A DNA stretch of 64,000 nucleotides from Eledone cirrhosa (taxonomy: Eukaryota): NCBI GenBank assembly GCA_964016885.1, contig OZ024742.1, positions 239,816,001-239,880,000 on the forward strand. Reading direction: 5' to 3'. Positions 15,167 through 29,520 of the stretch are shown here, one piece after another. How positions within the stretch are numbered: the stretch's first letter is position 1; every line of letters starts with the position of its first letter. A model generated the notes under the pieces. The model did not search any database. It saw nothing but the letters and a program-made list of their open reading frames with translations, and was not told where the DNA came from. Both the position numbers and the translations under genes were made by a program.

Positions 15167-18009
15167 ATTATTTGCTAAATCATTACAAGATGTTTAGAGT
15201 TAAATATGTTTGTAGTGAAATCAGATCTACAGTTCTTATTGATAAACAAACGGATACATGATAATATTTAATACTATTTTCAAGTCGAACTGATTTTAAT
15301 GAGCAATTTAGAGATGTTTTTTCACAAATAAACAAATTAAAGCTAATAATTGAAATCTTCCTATAATTTCATGGCAGAAGTTGTCAAAAACAATTTAGAA
15401 AGAATAAAAACAACCACTTATATTGTATACCATTTATAAGTATATTGATTATTTAGCATTTTTTAAAATGGATTTTGATATCATCATCACAGATTTTGTG
15501 TCTATTTTCCATACTAAACAGTTTAGGGGGGGGGGGGACAATTACCTTCTAAGACTAAACAGAGCAGGTGGCCACATCTTGCTTATGCATTTCATTTTGG
15601 CAGGATGCTTTTCCTAATGCCAACCACTTTACAGAGTGTACTAACAGCATTTTATCATGGCACTAACATACTCAATGTAATGATTTAGCAGAAAATATCT
15701 AAATAGTAGGTTTGTGAATTCAAATGTTTGTAATCATTGCGAAATTTGCAGTAAAGTAAAGACTTCAATTGTTAATGTGATGCAGTCGTAAGTGTTGTTT
15801 TACACTTTTCAAGAATTCTTTCAAATGTGGTTTCATTTGGTACAGGATGTTAAGAGTTAAGCCTTTAGCATTTAAACCGGCTGTATCCGGCCAGAATTCT
15901 CTCACCTCTTTCTGTTCAAACAAGCAATAACTGGCCACTCATACTCACATTAAAATATTGTTCTCAAAATAAATAACATAAAAATCTTGTAGATTTGATA
16001 TTATGTGAAATAATTATGTGCGATAAAGTCTTTACCATGAAAATATAATAGTATATATAGAGTAATGTAAATGCTAAAGGGTTAAACATACATGTTAACA
16101 CTAATTCATGAAAAGCAAAATACAAACTACAAAACAAATTTTTTTAAATCTATTATCTTCTACACTGATCAAATTAGACAGCTTTTTGTGTGGGTCATGA
16201 AAAACAATACAGATTGTTTTAATGTAATTTCAGAAGTGATTTAAGTGATAGACGCATCTGAGAAAATTAACAGTAAAATATCTTAGAGCTTTAGATGTTA
16301 AAAGGTTTTGTTTTTTTTATTTTATTTTATTTAAGTCTAAATAACTTGAATAAACCTTACAATATGAGGTAAAAAGTGGCAGAAACCTTTTAATAAATTC
16401 ATCCAAATTCTTGATTATTTTCAAAATAATTATTTGAAATACATAGGCAATGTTTTTCATTAGAAATATGGTAACGAGAGGATTAAAAATGAGTTTGTTT
16501 AATGATAAAGAGACAGGTCCTACTAATCCTTGTTTTCAGCCCTTGCCATTTAGTCCATCACGAGAGCAGGTGTAGGTACTAGTGTGACTGCATCGTGAAT
16601 GAGTTCACTTAATAGATAGAGAAGTGTCTGACTAGACCAATAAACAACTTCCGTGATAAAATGCACCCAGTGCACTCTGTAAAGTGTAGAAACATACATA
16701 AGCAAGATGTGTACATGAGGACAGCGGCTTCAAGTGCTGATTTCGACTGTGACGACCCATCCAAGCAACACTAACAGGGAATAGTGGTCGTTAAATGATG
16801 ATAATGATGATATCTGGCACCTTATCAGAAAAAAGCTATTATGAAACAAGAAATCAATACTTTGACTGATATGGAAAATTATGGGAGAAAATAAAATCTT
16901 AAAAATTAATTAATACTGATCTACTATTGTTATATTGCTTTTTGTTCTTCTAAACAAGTGAAAGTATAAGACAGATGTAAAGATGAATGACTAAGTGGTT
17001 AGGGTTTTTAAACTCCCAATAGTAAGGTCATAGGTTCAATTCTTGGTGTGTTGTGTTCTTAAACAAGACCCTTCATTTCACATTAAAACACCCAAGAAAC
17101 CTCTTAAAAGATGCAACTTTGTAAGAGATCATGTAAACCTACAAAGGTGTAAGTTATTCATTTTGTGGTAGGATTGGGACCCTATCATTAAAATATCAAA
17201 TAAACACCCTCATAAAAGGCTATCTAAACCTATTTAGGAGGGAGCGCTTCTTTTCATGACAAGATTAGTCTCCCCATCATTAATACATCAGTGAAAACTC
17301 CTACTATGAGATGCAACCTCATAGGATACCAGCGAAACCTATATAGGTATGAGCTGTAATAAGGAAAGGAAAAAAAAAAGAGAGCCATTAACTCTCACTG
17401 GAGTTGTAGGGGAGCTATCCTTACACACAATATTATGTCTCAGACATTTTTAAGCTTGGCAGAGCCCATCCCTCACCAGAACCCAGCCAATTTCTTCCAA
17501 AGAAGTAAAGGGACAAAAAAGTGAGAAAGATATTAAGGAAAAATCGACCTCAGTACTGGACTAGTACTTTATTTATAGACCTTAAAAGGATGAAAGGCAA
17601 AATTGACCTCAAAGCAAATTCTGAGGCATTTAATCCAGTATCCTAACAACTTTGCTAATTTGCTGCCTTGAGCTGTAACAATATAAACCTGTAAAGCAAT
17701 TAGATAAATATTTTCATTGGTTGCTAAAATGGTCAGTTTAACATCTATGTGACAGTTCAACTTTTCAACAGCAGTATTATTTTGTATAAAAACCTTTAAA
17801 CCAATAGCTGTTTATATGTCATTTAAAAATGGGGAGGGGGAATGAAATTTACAGCTCTCACTTATGCGGGCTCATTTTGAAAATAGGAAGGAACATGAGA
17901 ATTTGAAACATAAGAAAGAAGACATTTTTTATAAACTGAAATGAAAAAATGTTTCCAAACAATGGATTAAAAGAAAAAGAAGGAGAAAGTTAAGAGAGAG
18001 ATAACTTAC

Positions 18010-18156
18010 AGACTTTAACTGCGATTCTTTTGAGGCGAGTTCATTCTCTAATTTATCATTCAAGTCATGTAAAGATGTTGATTCCCTCTGCGCATTAATA
18101 TACCGTTTTTCTAAGGTTGCTATTCTTTCTTCTTGATCTTCTTTTTGAGCAACAGA
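18010..18156 (-). CDS. PPFIA: Liprin-alpha coding exon ([49 protein letters not shown])
   Basis: Polypyrimidine-cag acceptor and gtaagt donor; 147 nt, phase 0/0. Carries the highly conserved AQKEDxEERIxTLEKRYxxAQRE motif. Absent from the ORF track. Confidence 0.96.
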
Positions 18157-20479
18157 CTGAAAGAAAGAAAGAAAAAATAAATAAATAAATGGGAGAAAAT
18201 GATACTTTCATATATGTGCACAGAGTTATATAGAAACCATGTAATATGATGGCTGGAGCCAGATGATGACCAGTAATTAGTGTAGGTTTGATTGTTTTGT
18301 GACTGTTTTGGGTATCATTCTGAAGGTCATGATTAATTTTACTTTATGTCCAGTATGGTATGTATCTGATGGGTATGGTGAAGTGTAGGTGTATGGGTTA
18401 CATTTGCTTGAGTTGCTTTGTTTGGGTTTAAGGTAGTCATAGTTATATATAAATATACATACATACTATTAACTCCTAACATACTTTACCATAGGAAGCC
18501 ACAAGCAGAAAATGACACTATGACTATCACATTAAAAATTGAAGTCTTAACTTTAATACTTCAAATTTTCACAGATAAAATTATGAAAATCATTTGAATT
18601 AACAAACCCATTTTAGATATTTTCTTCTAAATCATTACAGGATGTTAAGAGTGAACCCTTTTCATACCATCCTGCCTGAAACTACCCATAGTTCTATGAA
18701 GAAAAACATTTGTTTTAAGCTGTTCATAATTAAATTTAAATTGTCCAGAAAAAAATTTTTTGTAGAACATTTTCTTTAGTTCAATACCAACTTACCAATG
18801 AGAAAGTTAATTATATTATTAAATCTCTAAAATGTTTGATTATTTAAAAAAGTAATTGGAAATCATAGAAATATGGTAATGAAAGGATTAATATCAACTG
18901 AAGTTGGGATGGTTTTGTCTTCAACTTTATAAGAATAAGTTCAGTATCTTTAATGTGGACATGGCTATATGGGTAAAGAGTTCACCTAACAACCCCATGG
19001 TTCTGGGTTCAGTTCTAGTGTACAACACCTTGAGCAAGTGATTTCTATTGTAGATACCCATATTAACCATTACCTTGTGAGTGGAATTTGGTAGGTACAT
19101 ACTGTGTAGAAGACCATCATGTATGTGTGTGTATGACCATGGTTACATTTGTGTCTGTGTTTATATCCCATAACATAGTGGCTCAAGAAAAATTAAGTAC
19201 TGGATTAGTATGATCAACTAAATGAAAGTGATGCTATAGCATGGCCACAGTCTAGTGACTGAAACCAGAAAAAGAATAGCAAAAACATAATGCCCAATGT
19301 TTTAGTTGGTTGGTCTCTCTCTATATGATGACATGTTTAACATCATATTAAGTAAAAGGGAGACACAGAGAGAATTAATATAAAGGCTATTTGAACAATG
19401 AAATAGCCTGTTTGTGAAATTAACGTGTAAGTGGCCCCATAACATAATTCTCAAGGAGATTCAATTGGGTAAATAAACCCAAGAGACAGGGGAAGGGAGC
19501 ATATGCAGGGTTCAATTCCTGTAGATGCCTGATCCAGTTTTTATTTATTTATTTGTCTCTTGTATTTACTTAATTGAAGCTCCCTGAGAATCATGTTATG
19601 AATTGACATGCCTATGGAATGCTCAGCCGCTTACATGTTAATTTCACAAATAGATTGTTCTGTTCAAACAACTAGAACACTTGTTATTGGAACCAATGGA
19701 GGTCCAACAACAACATTTTCCTAAATGTGGCCCCAATAGATGTCAGTAAGTTCAATACAGCCTCCCACTATATAAAGTTTCCTCGCCTCAGACTTAACCT
19801 ATCAAATTTTAAAGTCAATTTAATTTGTAATGATATTGATCAGGACATTTTTTTTTTTTTTTTTCATGCATTGATCATGAAAGAATGGAATATACACAAT
19901 GACTACATGAGTCAGATGTAAAGGTTAGATGAGGAGACGATCGGTTTGGAATGGTGTCATCCAGTACCCATAGTTCAGTAAATTATTGCAACATGACTAA
20001 AGATCAAATCAGATATTATTTTGACAATTGGAGATTGAAGTCAACCATTGTGCTGTGCCAATGAACTGAATAGTGGGTGGCTTTTTATTCAATCTTTCAG
20101 AAATATGAATGACCTTTGCTAAACTGAAGAATCCTGATAAAGTAACTCGTTTGTTTGAATTGATTTTTCGCAGTGAAATAAATGGCCATGCAGGTTTGGT
20201 GAATATAATCAATGCTCTATTTTGTTAAATCGAATATAATTAAATGACAAGTAAATAAGAAAAATCATTAGCATCATCGTCATCATTTCATGTCCTCTTT
20301 CCATGCTGGCATGGATTAGACAGATTGTCATTGCCAGTGATTTAGACATATTATAAAAACCTATCATAAATGAAGAATCAGACTAGCAATCCTGCAGCAA
20401 ATATTTCATTCTAAATGTTATTTCATCTTAGAAAAGAACACAGGTGCCAACATTTTTGTGACTATGAAAAACCCACTAT

Positions 20480-20940
20480 CTTATATCAATTACCAGTGGG
20501 GCCTCATTCTCAAGAAATTAAGTGAAAACAGTGCTGCTCCCCTCAACAGGAGTATGACTATCAACTGTGCCTGGAATGCAATTATCCTAGCAAAGCTACC
20601 TGCCAACAGGCTCCATCTGTCTCTCATTCTTTAATCAATGGCTTCTTATCAGAGCACACCTTACACTGAATTCTGATAGTACTCACTCTCACCTTTACTA
20701 TCAACTCATGTACCTTAAGGGTTTGGCCCCCTCCCACCCCATCTATCAATGGCTTATTTGCCATATGTCATCACTTCCAACAGCACACACTCCTATACAG
20801 ATGATACCACCCATCTCTCTAAACTTCTATATCCAAGCATCCTTCACATACAACCACACGCATACAGCCTCACATCAAATGTGCCTCAACTTCCTGAAGA
20901 AAGACCTAAAAAATATCCTCCAATCAGATTATGCCAGTCT
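20480..20940 (+). mobile_element. Highly decayed CR1/Jockey-type LINE RT fragment
   Basis: Degenerate GVPQG-like segment near 20710 followed by HSYTDDTT (YADD-like). Confidence 0.5.
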
Positions 20941-22229
20941 TGCATCATCATCATCATCATTTTATGTCAACCTGCCATTTAAGCATGGGTTAGACATGTT
21001 GTCAAAGCCCAAGATTAGACAGGTAAGAGATACCTTGTCTTGCTCATATGTTCCCTATTTCGCATGGTTTTGTATGGCTGGATGCCCTTCCTAAAACCAC
21101 CCACATTACAGGTGTGTTTTATCATGTCACTAGTACTACTCCTTTACAGAGTGTACTGGGCACATTTTATAATGACATCAGCACTACCACAGTATACTTC
21201 CATGGTATAAAGACACAATCACTACATTATAACATCCCATACTCTAAAGATGAAGAGTACATAACAAGAACACTCAAGGTTGCTAGAAATGTTAAGATTC
21301 ACCATCATATATGAGTGTGTAACCTTTGTATAGCCAAAACTGCATCACAAATTACTGGGTTTCCTTTTACCATCCAGGAAATACATCAGCCTCCAATAAT
21401 TATTAACCCTTTTGATACCAAATTGTTGGCAACCAAACCTGGTTCTATGATATAAAGCTGTTTGTTTTAAAGTGTTTATATTTATCTAAAATCCTTCCAC
21501 CGTAATTTTAAGTAAGAACTTGTGATGTGCTGAATTCCAAACATTTTCTGGACACATATTTTGCTCAGGATTGAACATGTAATCCCACCCTCATTCAATT
21601 ATCATATTTATCACATACTTACATGACCCCCCCCCCCCACCCCCCTCTGCATGCACACACACACAGATCTACTACATAATGGAACATACCAGACACATCT
21701 TAAGACACCTGCATTGTCTGACAAAACAGTCACATAGCTGTGACCTCACCACCACCACCATTTATGGTTATGCTATTTAATACACCTTTTGTCTACAGTA
21801 AACAACTTCTGACTTAGACAGTTTTATTGGTGGCCACTCCTCTCAGGACAGGCTTAACTTGACAGCTAGTTTTACTCATTTCAGAACCATTAAGTTGTGC
21901 TTCAAACATGAACTCAATAATGAGTAAGTTCATTATTATGACTAAATTATTCCAATTTCTTTATTATTTTCAAAATTATTCGAAAATCACAATGTTTAGA
22001 AATATGATAAAGAAAGTGTTAACCTTTTTCAACCTATGGTGAGAACTACAATTAAGGCACCTAATTAAACTGACTCCAGTGCTGGACTGGGACTTTATTT
22101 TATCAACACCAAAAGGATAAAAGCTAGAGTTGACCTCTGCAAGATTTGAACTCAAAACACAGACAGTTCGAATGAATATGGAGAAGAATTCTACCTGGCA
22201 TTCTAATGACACTGACTATACTATAATAA

Positions 22230-22452
22230 TCATTTCTGATTTAGGCACAGGGTCAACTTTTTTTTTTTTTTTTTGAGGGAAAAATGATTAAATCAACCCT
22301 ACAGTATATTACTGGTACTTTATTTTATCAACTCCGTGGAGATGCAAGGCAAATCTTACCTCATTGGGATTTGAAATCAGAATGTAAAGAGACGTAACTG
22401 TGTACCGTGTAGCGTGGTGTCCGACGCCCTACCGATACTGCCACTCCGCTAC
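22230..22452 (-). mobile_element. tRNA-derived SINE related to the 23786 family
   Basis: Reverse complement shares the head GGCAGTATCGGTAGGGCGTCGGAC and the core. Confidence 0.75.
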
Positions 22453-23785
22453 CAGCTATAATATCCTCCACCGATTCAGTCTATCTACTGCCCTGGTGGA
22501 GGTAGTGGGGGGGGGGGGGGGGGGCAATGAGGATGAAGCATTAAACAGTTGAGCAGATGCTAAGAGCTCAATACTGATGTACAATAAAAAGTGAAGTAAA
22601 AGTTGATTCTAATGAAAACTTAAACTCACAGTTCATTGCACATTGAGATTAGTTATTTTAAAAATAGAATATGTAAACTTTGTAAGCATATGTTTAAATA
22701 CTAATTTACTACTCATATTCACCTTTCTCTGCAATAGAAAAATATTATTTTGTTTACCTAGCATCAAATTTGTCTCATACAGCACACTACACCAGAAATA
22801 AATATTTTCCTCCTCAGTGTCATGTTGGCATGACTATTTTAGATCTTACAGTGCAGAAATCTGTATAGTTGAAGACAGTTTACTTAACCCATCTGATACT
22901 AAACTGCCTGAAACTGCCCCTAGTTCTATAATGAAAGTTGTTTTTAAATTATTATATTTATCTAAAAACTTTTCATTATTATTTTAATATAAAGTTATTT
23001 GTTCAGTTATGCTCCAAACAACAATTATAGCTAGTGTCTTTCATTAGAAATATAGTAACTAAAGGATTAACCCTTCTCATACAAAACCACTTTAAAGTGC
23101 CCCTGGTTCTATGATATGAAATTGTTTATTATTTTAAAGTATTTATAGTTATTAAAAACTTTTCTATCATAATTCTATGTAAGAAACTTTGTTATGTTCC
23201 AAACACCAGATAAATGACAAGAAAGTTAGTTATATTACTAAATTCTTCTAATTTTTTTAATATGTTCAAAATTATTTGAAAATTACAGACAGAGTTTTTC
23301 ATAAGAAAAGGATTTAAGTATTTTTATCTACAAATATCACTAATTTGAATTATGTGTTTAAATAGGCATTTGTGAAGATTCTGCAGATAGCTCCTTTCTC
23401 TTTAGTTGTTTAGATCATCACTAACCATTCAAGTCTATGGGAAATTATGATCCACAAATCCAAAAGGCAAACTGAATCATTGTATAAAATTTATGAAAAG
23501 CTTTATGTAAACTTTCTTTTGTTCTTGTCATTGTTGACAATTAATTCTTAGCATCTCATACTGCATTAAACCACATTAAAAAGACATTCTTGAAAAGTTT
23601 TTACTTCAGTTTACAGCAAATTCTCCACAACAATCTTGTAAAGATACTATAGATATTTGACTGAATAAACTTTTTTTTTAAACAGATATTTTTTTGTTAA
23701 ATCATTCCCGGATGTTTAAAATCAACAATCAGAAACCCCAAAAAATTTCATCAGTTAAATATACAATATTATTATTTTAACCCTT

Positions 23786-23973
23786 AACTGGCGGTGGATT
23801 GGCAGTATCGGTAGAGGGTCAGACGCCATGCTTTCCAGCATAGTTATGTCCCTTTACGATCTGAGTTCAAATCCCGCCGAGGTTGACTTTGCCTTTCATT
23901 CTTACGGGGTCGATAAAATAAAGTACCAGTAATGCACTGGGTATTTGCTGGCCTTGTGCCTAAAGTAGAAACA
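23786..23973 (+). mobile_element. Full-length tRNA-derived SINE (family with CTTTGCCTTTCATCC..GGGGTCGATAAA core)
   Basis: B box GAGTTCAAATC. Perfect 18-bp TSD attattattttaaccctt at 23768-23785 and 23974-23991. Confidence 0.9.
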
Positions 23974-24158
23974 ATTATTATTTTAACCCTTCTGTTACCA
24001 TATTTCTAATGAAAGACACTGCCTATGATTTTCAAATAGGTTTGAAAATCATCAAGAATTTGGAAGCATTTAGTAATATATCAAATTTTTTCTCTTTATG
24101 AAGCTGGTGTTTTGGAGCACAACAGCAAAGGTTCTTACAGAGAATTATGGTGGAAGAT

Positions 24159-24160
<2 letters not shown>

Positions 24161-24191
<31 letters not shown>

Positions 24192-24828
24192 GTTTAACGT
24201 CCATCTTCCACGCTAGCATGGGTTTGGACGGGAATGTTCCCACTTGAGGCAAGATTGGTTGTCTTGCTCGTATAGGACTGTCTGGCGGGTTTTCTACGGC
24301 TGGATGCCCTTCCTAACACCAACCACGTTTACAGTGTGGACTGGGAGGTTTTTACCGTGTTACCTACACGGCCACATTACGGCATGGACTGTGTTTTTTT
24401 TGTCGTGACACCTACACGACTTCATTTATTTCGGACTGGATGTTGTGGTACCAACATAACTTTACATCGAGGGGGGGGGGGGGGGGGGGGGTATTTTGGT
24501 AAGAGGTCCCTACTGACTGTAGGTTTCGCTTTGCACTTAGGAAAGGCGGGTCTTCTGTATTACTGTGTAGCGCCAAAGATCTCGATCCAGTGACATTGTC
24601 TTGGAGAGGTGTAAGTGTGTGAGGTCGGAATTTATCAAGTCATCCCAGGTTTTTCTGGGTCTGCTACCATCTATTTTTATTGGCCTGCACTTTTTTATAC
24701 AGTTGTCGTCTTTCATGCGCATCACGTGACCATACCAATGTAGTCTTCTCTCGAGTAAACAGCATCTGATCCCTCTTATTCCTAATTTCTCACTTAGTTC
24801 ATTTATGCTTTGCCGTTCATGTATATTA
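24161..24828 (-). mobile_element. Short 3' fragment of the same RTE subfamily as 43110-44895, inserted in a MITE
   Basis: Near-identical to 43110-43790 by eye; RRLHWYGHVMRMKDD translation; (CAT)n tail. Confidence 0.92.
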
Positions 24829-26533
24829 TCGATAAATATAAACATTTTAAAATAAACAGCTTAGTATCATAGAACCTGGGGTATTTTCAAGTGATTTGGT
24901 ATTTAAAGGATCAAATTCAAATTACATGTTGAAATTTGACAAACGCCCATGGCCTTTGCACACACCCTCTGACTAATGAGATGGATGTTGTTAACATTCC
25001 AATTAATTTGTGAGGTGAGGTAGTTTATAAGCTGTGCACTGCAGGAAATTGTCTTTTACTTTCCTGATAGCATTAAAGAAGATAAGAAGGGTTGGGGTGC
25101 AAATACTTGCCAGACAATGTTAATGGGTGGGTCCCTAAGGTGTTACAGGCTGTATCTCTGCCTATACAGCTGCCAGTGAACTAGATGGGGGAGGGGTTAG
25201 AGGGCATGTAGAATATGGAGAGACATACCTAGGATAGTATTAGTTACCTTTTAGTTGTTTCAAACAACAGATAAATAATGAGAAAGTTCTTGTATAACTC
25301 TTTTTTTCTCCTTGTCATAGTTGATCATTGACAACCACAATTATATTACTAAATTCCTCCAAATTCTGATTTTTTTTTTTTTTTTATGATTTAAAAATTA
25401 TAGGCAATGTTTCACAGTAGAAATATAGTAACAAAAGAGTTAAAATAATCATATGTTTTTATCCTTTTGATACTAAACCACTTGAAACCACCACTGGTTG
25501 TACAATATAAAATTGTTTATTTTAAAGTACTTATTTTTATCCAAAAATATTTCATCATAATTTTATGTAAGATCCTGTGTTAAGTTTTGCTTCAAACACC
25601 AACTTAGTAATGCGAAATTCAGTTTCATTCCAAATTCTGGATTTATTTTCAAAATGATTTGAAAATCATAAACAGTGTCTTTTATTACAAATATGGCAAT
25701 GAAAGGATATTATTGTGTATTTAATTCATGAAAATAAACTTTAGTTAAAAATAATTTTGCTTCTGGTTGTCAATGATCAACTATGACAAGGAAAAAAGAA
25801 GAGTTATACAAGAACAAAAGAAAGTACATAAAGCATATGATTGATCAGGGTTTTAAAATTTTGGATTGCTTCAGTTGGGGTTTTGGATTTTGGGGATCAT
25901 AATTTCCTTTAGTTTTGAATGGTCCTAGAAGGATCTAAACAACTTAAAGAGTCAGAAGTTAAGGGCAGAATCTTAACTAATGCCTAAGAAAGGGAGGGGT
26001 AGGGATTAGATAACATGTGGAGAGACATACCTAGGAGGATAGCATTAATTACATATTTAGATAAAGTAGATGGGTTGGAAAGGAATTTTAACTCCAATTC
26101 ATATAATAGGTTCACCACATCCGTGTGTGTTGTAAGAGAGGTGACTAATAAAGTTGGCACTAAAAAGGGTTGACAGTAAAAAGGGCATCCTGCTGTAAAA
26201 CATTGTCTCAGAACATCCCATCCAACCCATGCCCTATGTAAAAGTAGAGATGATGATGATGATAATGATTCTTAATATTTATTTGAAGTAACAGTGATTG
26301 TATCAGTTTCACCCAAATGTTCTAGAGCTTGTCTTTGTTATATCATCATCATCATCATCAACATCCTTATTATGGATCAGCATTGTGACTCTAGAATGGT
26401 AATACAGTTTTAGAAACCCTGCTAAAATATAACATACAAACAATGTCTAGTTATACAACCCATCCAAGCCATACCAGCATAGAAAGCAACATAAAATGGT
26501 CACACACACACATAATAACAGGCTTTCGTACTA

Positions 26534-26902
26534 CTGTGTTTCCCCTATTATACGACCTACTCCAAAAATAAACCCGACTGAAAATAAGCCCGGGTACTTT
26601 TTTTTTTTTTGTGAGAAAAATTAATATAAAAAACAATATAAAATGCAGATTTCCAGAGTCTTGCTAATTACTAATATAATACATTTTTTAATGATAATAT
26701 TATATAATATATATATATGGATGGCTGGATGGACATCTTTTATTTATTTTTGACATCAGTATAATGATACTTTTTATCAAAACTCTAAGCTGTTACTTTT
26801 TGTGTAAAAATATAAGCCCTACCCCAAAATAAGCTTTCATGTCTTTTTTTTTTTATAAGGGAACAATAATATAACACCTGTCTTAAAATAGGGGAAACAC
26901 GG
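26534..26902. mobile_element. Tc1/mariner (pogo-like) MITE
   Basis: TIRs ctgtgtttcccctattatacgac and gtcttaaaataggggaaacacgg, with TA on both sides. Confidence 0.85.
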
Positions 26903-27872
26903 TAGGTATACAAAAATGTAGGTCTTCAGTAAAGAATTAGATATGTGTATATGTGTAATGGATCACTATTTGTTCCGACAACTGTTCCAGTTCTTTGAAT
27001 AACAGAATAGCTTTTTTGCGAAATTAACAAGTAAGTGACTGAGCATTCAATAGACACATGCACCTGGAACAGAGTTCACAGGGAGATTCAGCAAGGCACA
27101 GTGGGTGACAAAGGTAACCCTTTGAATTACAGCTGAGTGGACTGAACCAATATGAAATTAAGTCACAACTTTATGATCATGAACCCAACATCCTAGAGCC
27201 GCATGCATTCACTGATGATGAGATGGTACTTCAATGATTGGAGAATTGGTGTCATAAATGTTACAATTTGAAATAGTTCATGTAACAGATGAAAACAAAC
27301 AGAATATCTCATCAATGGTCATCTCATATTCTCTACAAAGAAGAAAAAGGGAAAGGAGCCAGTTGTCAGGTTTGACCAAGGAAACTGTTTCCATTGGTCT
27401 TTACATAGTTGTTACTATCAGTTAGTTTGACAAGAAAGTGGGGTTTGAACTTAGAATGCAAAGAACTGATCAGATACTGCAAAGCATCCCAGCTGAATCT
27501 TAAACAAATCCTACCAATTCACCAACTGTAGCCTGGACTGGTACTTCATTTTATCAACCTTGATAGGATTTGAACTCAGAACTCAGAGGGCTAAAACAAA
27601 TACCAAAGTATTTAATCTGAGACTCTAATGACCCTGCCAATTTGCTACTTATATCGACAAAAAATTAAGAGTTTTAATTTTAGGTTTGTTTTTCCTGTTA
27701 AAGCTGCCCTATTATATTAGCTTTCATTTCCTCCTCCAATATTGCCAGCCATGTATTTTTTATCTTCCACTTCCTCTACTTCCCTCCACATTCATCTCCA
27801 TCATATCTCTGTGGAAAATGTGGGCTATATACAGAAATAGGATAATATAAAAAAAAAAAACATTAAACTTAC

Positions 27873-28094
27873 CTCTCGAAGATCTCTTTGAAGTTTAACT
27901 AATTGTTCTTGAGACTTTATTAAATCTTTCTGAGTAGATGTTAGAGATTCTTCCAATTCTGTACATTTGTTTGTTAATTCTAAAATGTTTGTTCTAGTTG
28001 AAGTTAATTCTGAGTTCTGTTTTTCCACTGTTTCCTGGAGCTCTATCACACGGTTAACATCAGAATCAGGGTCTATCGATCCATTTGATAGCCT
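27873..28094 (-). CDS. PPFIA: Liprin-alpha coding exon (RLSNGSIDPDSDVNRVIELQETVEKQNSEL...LQRDLRE)
   Basis: AG acceptor and gtaagt donor; 222 nt, phase 0/0. Contains the RLSNGSID motif and coiled coil typical of liprin-alpha. Confidence 0.93.
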
Positions 28095-28761
28095 CTAAAA
28101 TATCGGAGAGTTGAAATGAGAGAGAAAGAGAAAATAATAGTGAAGAGTTATTAATATGACAACCACTTCAACAACTGAGTATATTAACACAATTGAAAAA
28201 TCATCAATAAAACAATGGAAAAGTATTATTAATTACAGTTATACAATAACAAAGAGAAGGAAAACATAAATAGATAAACAATAAAATATGTTAATGAGAA
28301 ATGTGGTTAAAAAGCAGATTAGTAAGAGTGACACAAGCAAAGTTTCATTAAGTTATATTTAAATACATTTATGTTTAACAGAAATGTATATGAAAGCATA
28401 TACAATATATTTATGTATAATAAAAAGCATACATAGGTCTCAGTGTGGGCATTTTAAGCTGTCACCACTATCTCAATAACCATGTGAGGATGACAAACAC
28501 TTATATTTCAGGATCTTTATCCATCTTTAGTGATGTTTACTCACTCAGTACTCATTCAATACATTTATATTATATATGCTTTCACATACACCTCCATTAT
28601 GAATCACGCTATGTTAATGCTACTGTTAAGTTAATTAATATGTTTGGCAAATCACACAGTTCAATATTATTTTATACAATACTAGCTGACACTGTGGAAA
28701 TTCCAGTTTAATTAGAAACAACTACCAAGTATTAACGATCAATGTTTTATTTGTAAATCAT

Positions 28762-29520
28762 ATCATCATCATCGTTTAACATCCATTTTCCACGCTAACA
28801 TGGGTTAGATGGGTTGTCCCGTTGTGAGACCAGTCAGATCAGATGACTGTGTCTTGCTCAAACAGAACCGTTTCTGGCTTGGTTTTTATGCATGGATGCC
28901 CTTCCAAATGCCAACCACATTTACAGTGTGGGATGGATGCTTTTTGTTATGTCAGCAACATGACCACTTGCATTGTGGGCTGGGTGTCTTATCGTGACAC
29001 CGCAACAACCACTTTACAATGTGGGCTGGGTGCTTTTTGTCATGATACCAACATGACGACTTTACAGTTTAAACTGAGCCCTTTTTTGCTGTGGCACCAA
29101 AACAACCATTTTACAGTGTAGGCTGGGGACTGGAGCAGGGGGTGTGAAGGTGTGGGTGGAGTGTTAGGGTTTGGGCGGTGTATGGAAAGAGAGAGGGAGG
29201 ATAGGTGTTAAGTAGTGCATACTATATATATGCTTCAACCCAAGCACTTCTGTACTGTTGAACAACGCCAAAGATCTCAATACTATGTCATTGCAATTGT
29301 GCAAGGTCAGTTTTTATCATATCATGCCAAGTCTTCCTACTCCATAGCTTTCATCAACTTTGACTGCCCTACACATTTTTATACAGCTGTCATTCTTCTT
29401 ATGCATCACATGCCCATACCAATGTAATCAACTTTCCTGCAAACTGCATCTGATCCCTCTTATGCCCAGTTTCTCTCTCAGTTCATTTTACACTTTGCAG
29501 TTCATGTATACTACTATTAC
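28762..29520 (-). mobile_element. Decayed 3' fragment of an RTE LINE
   Basis: Degenerate LRWYGHVMR region, ~48-bp 3' UTR repeats, terminal motif and (CAT)n tail. Confidence 0.8.
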
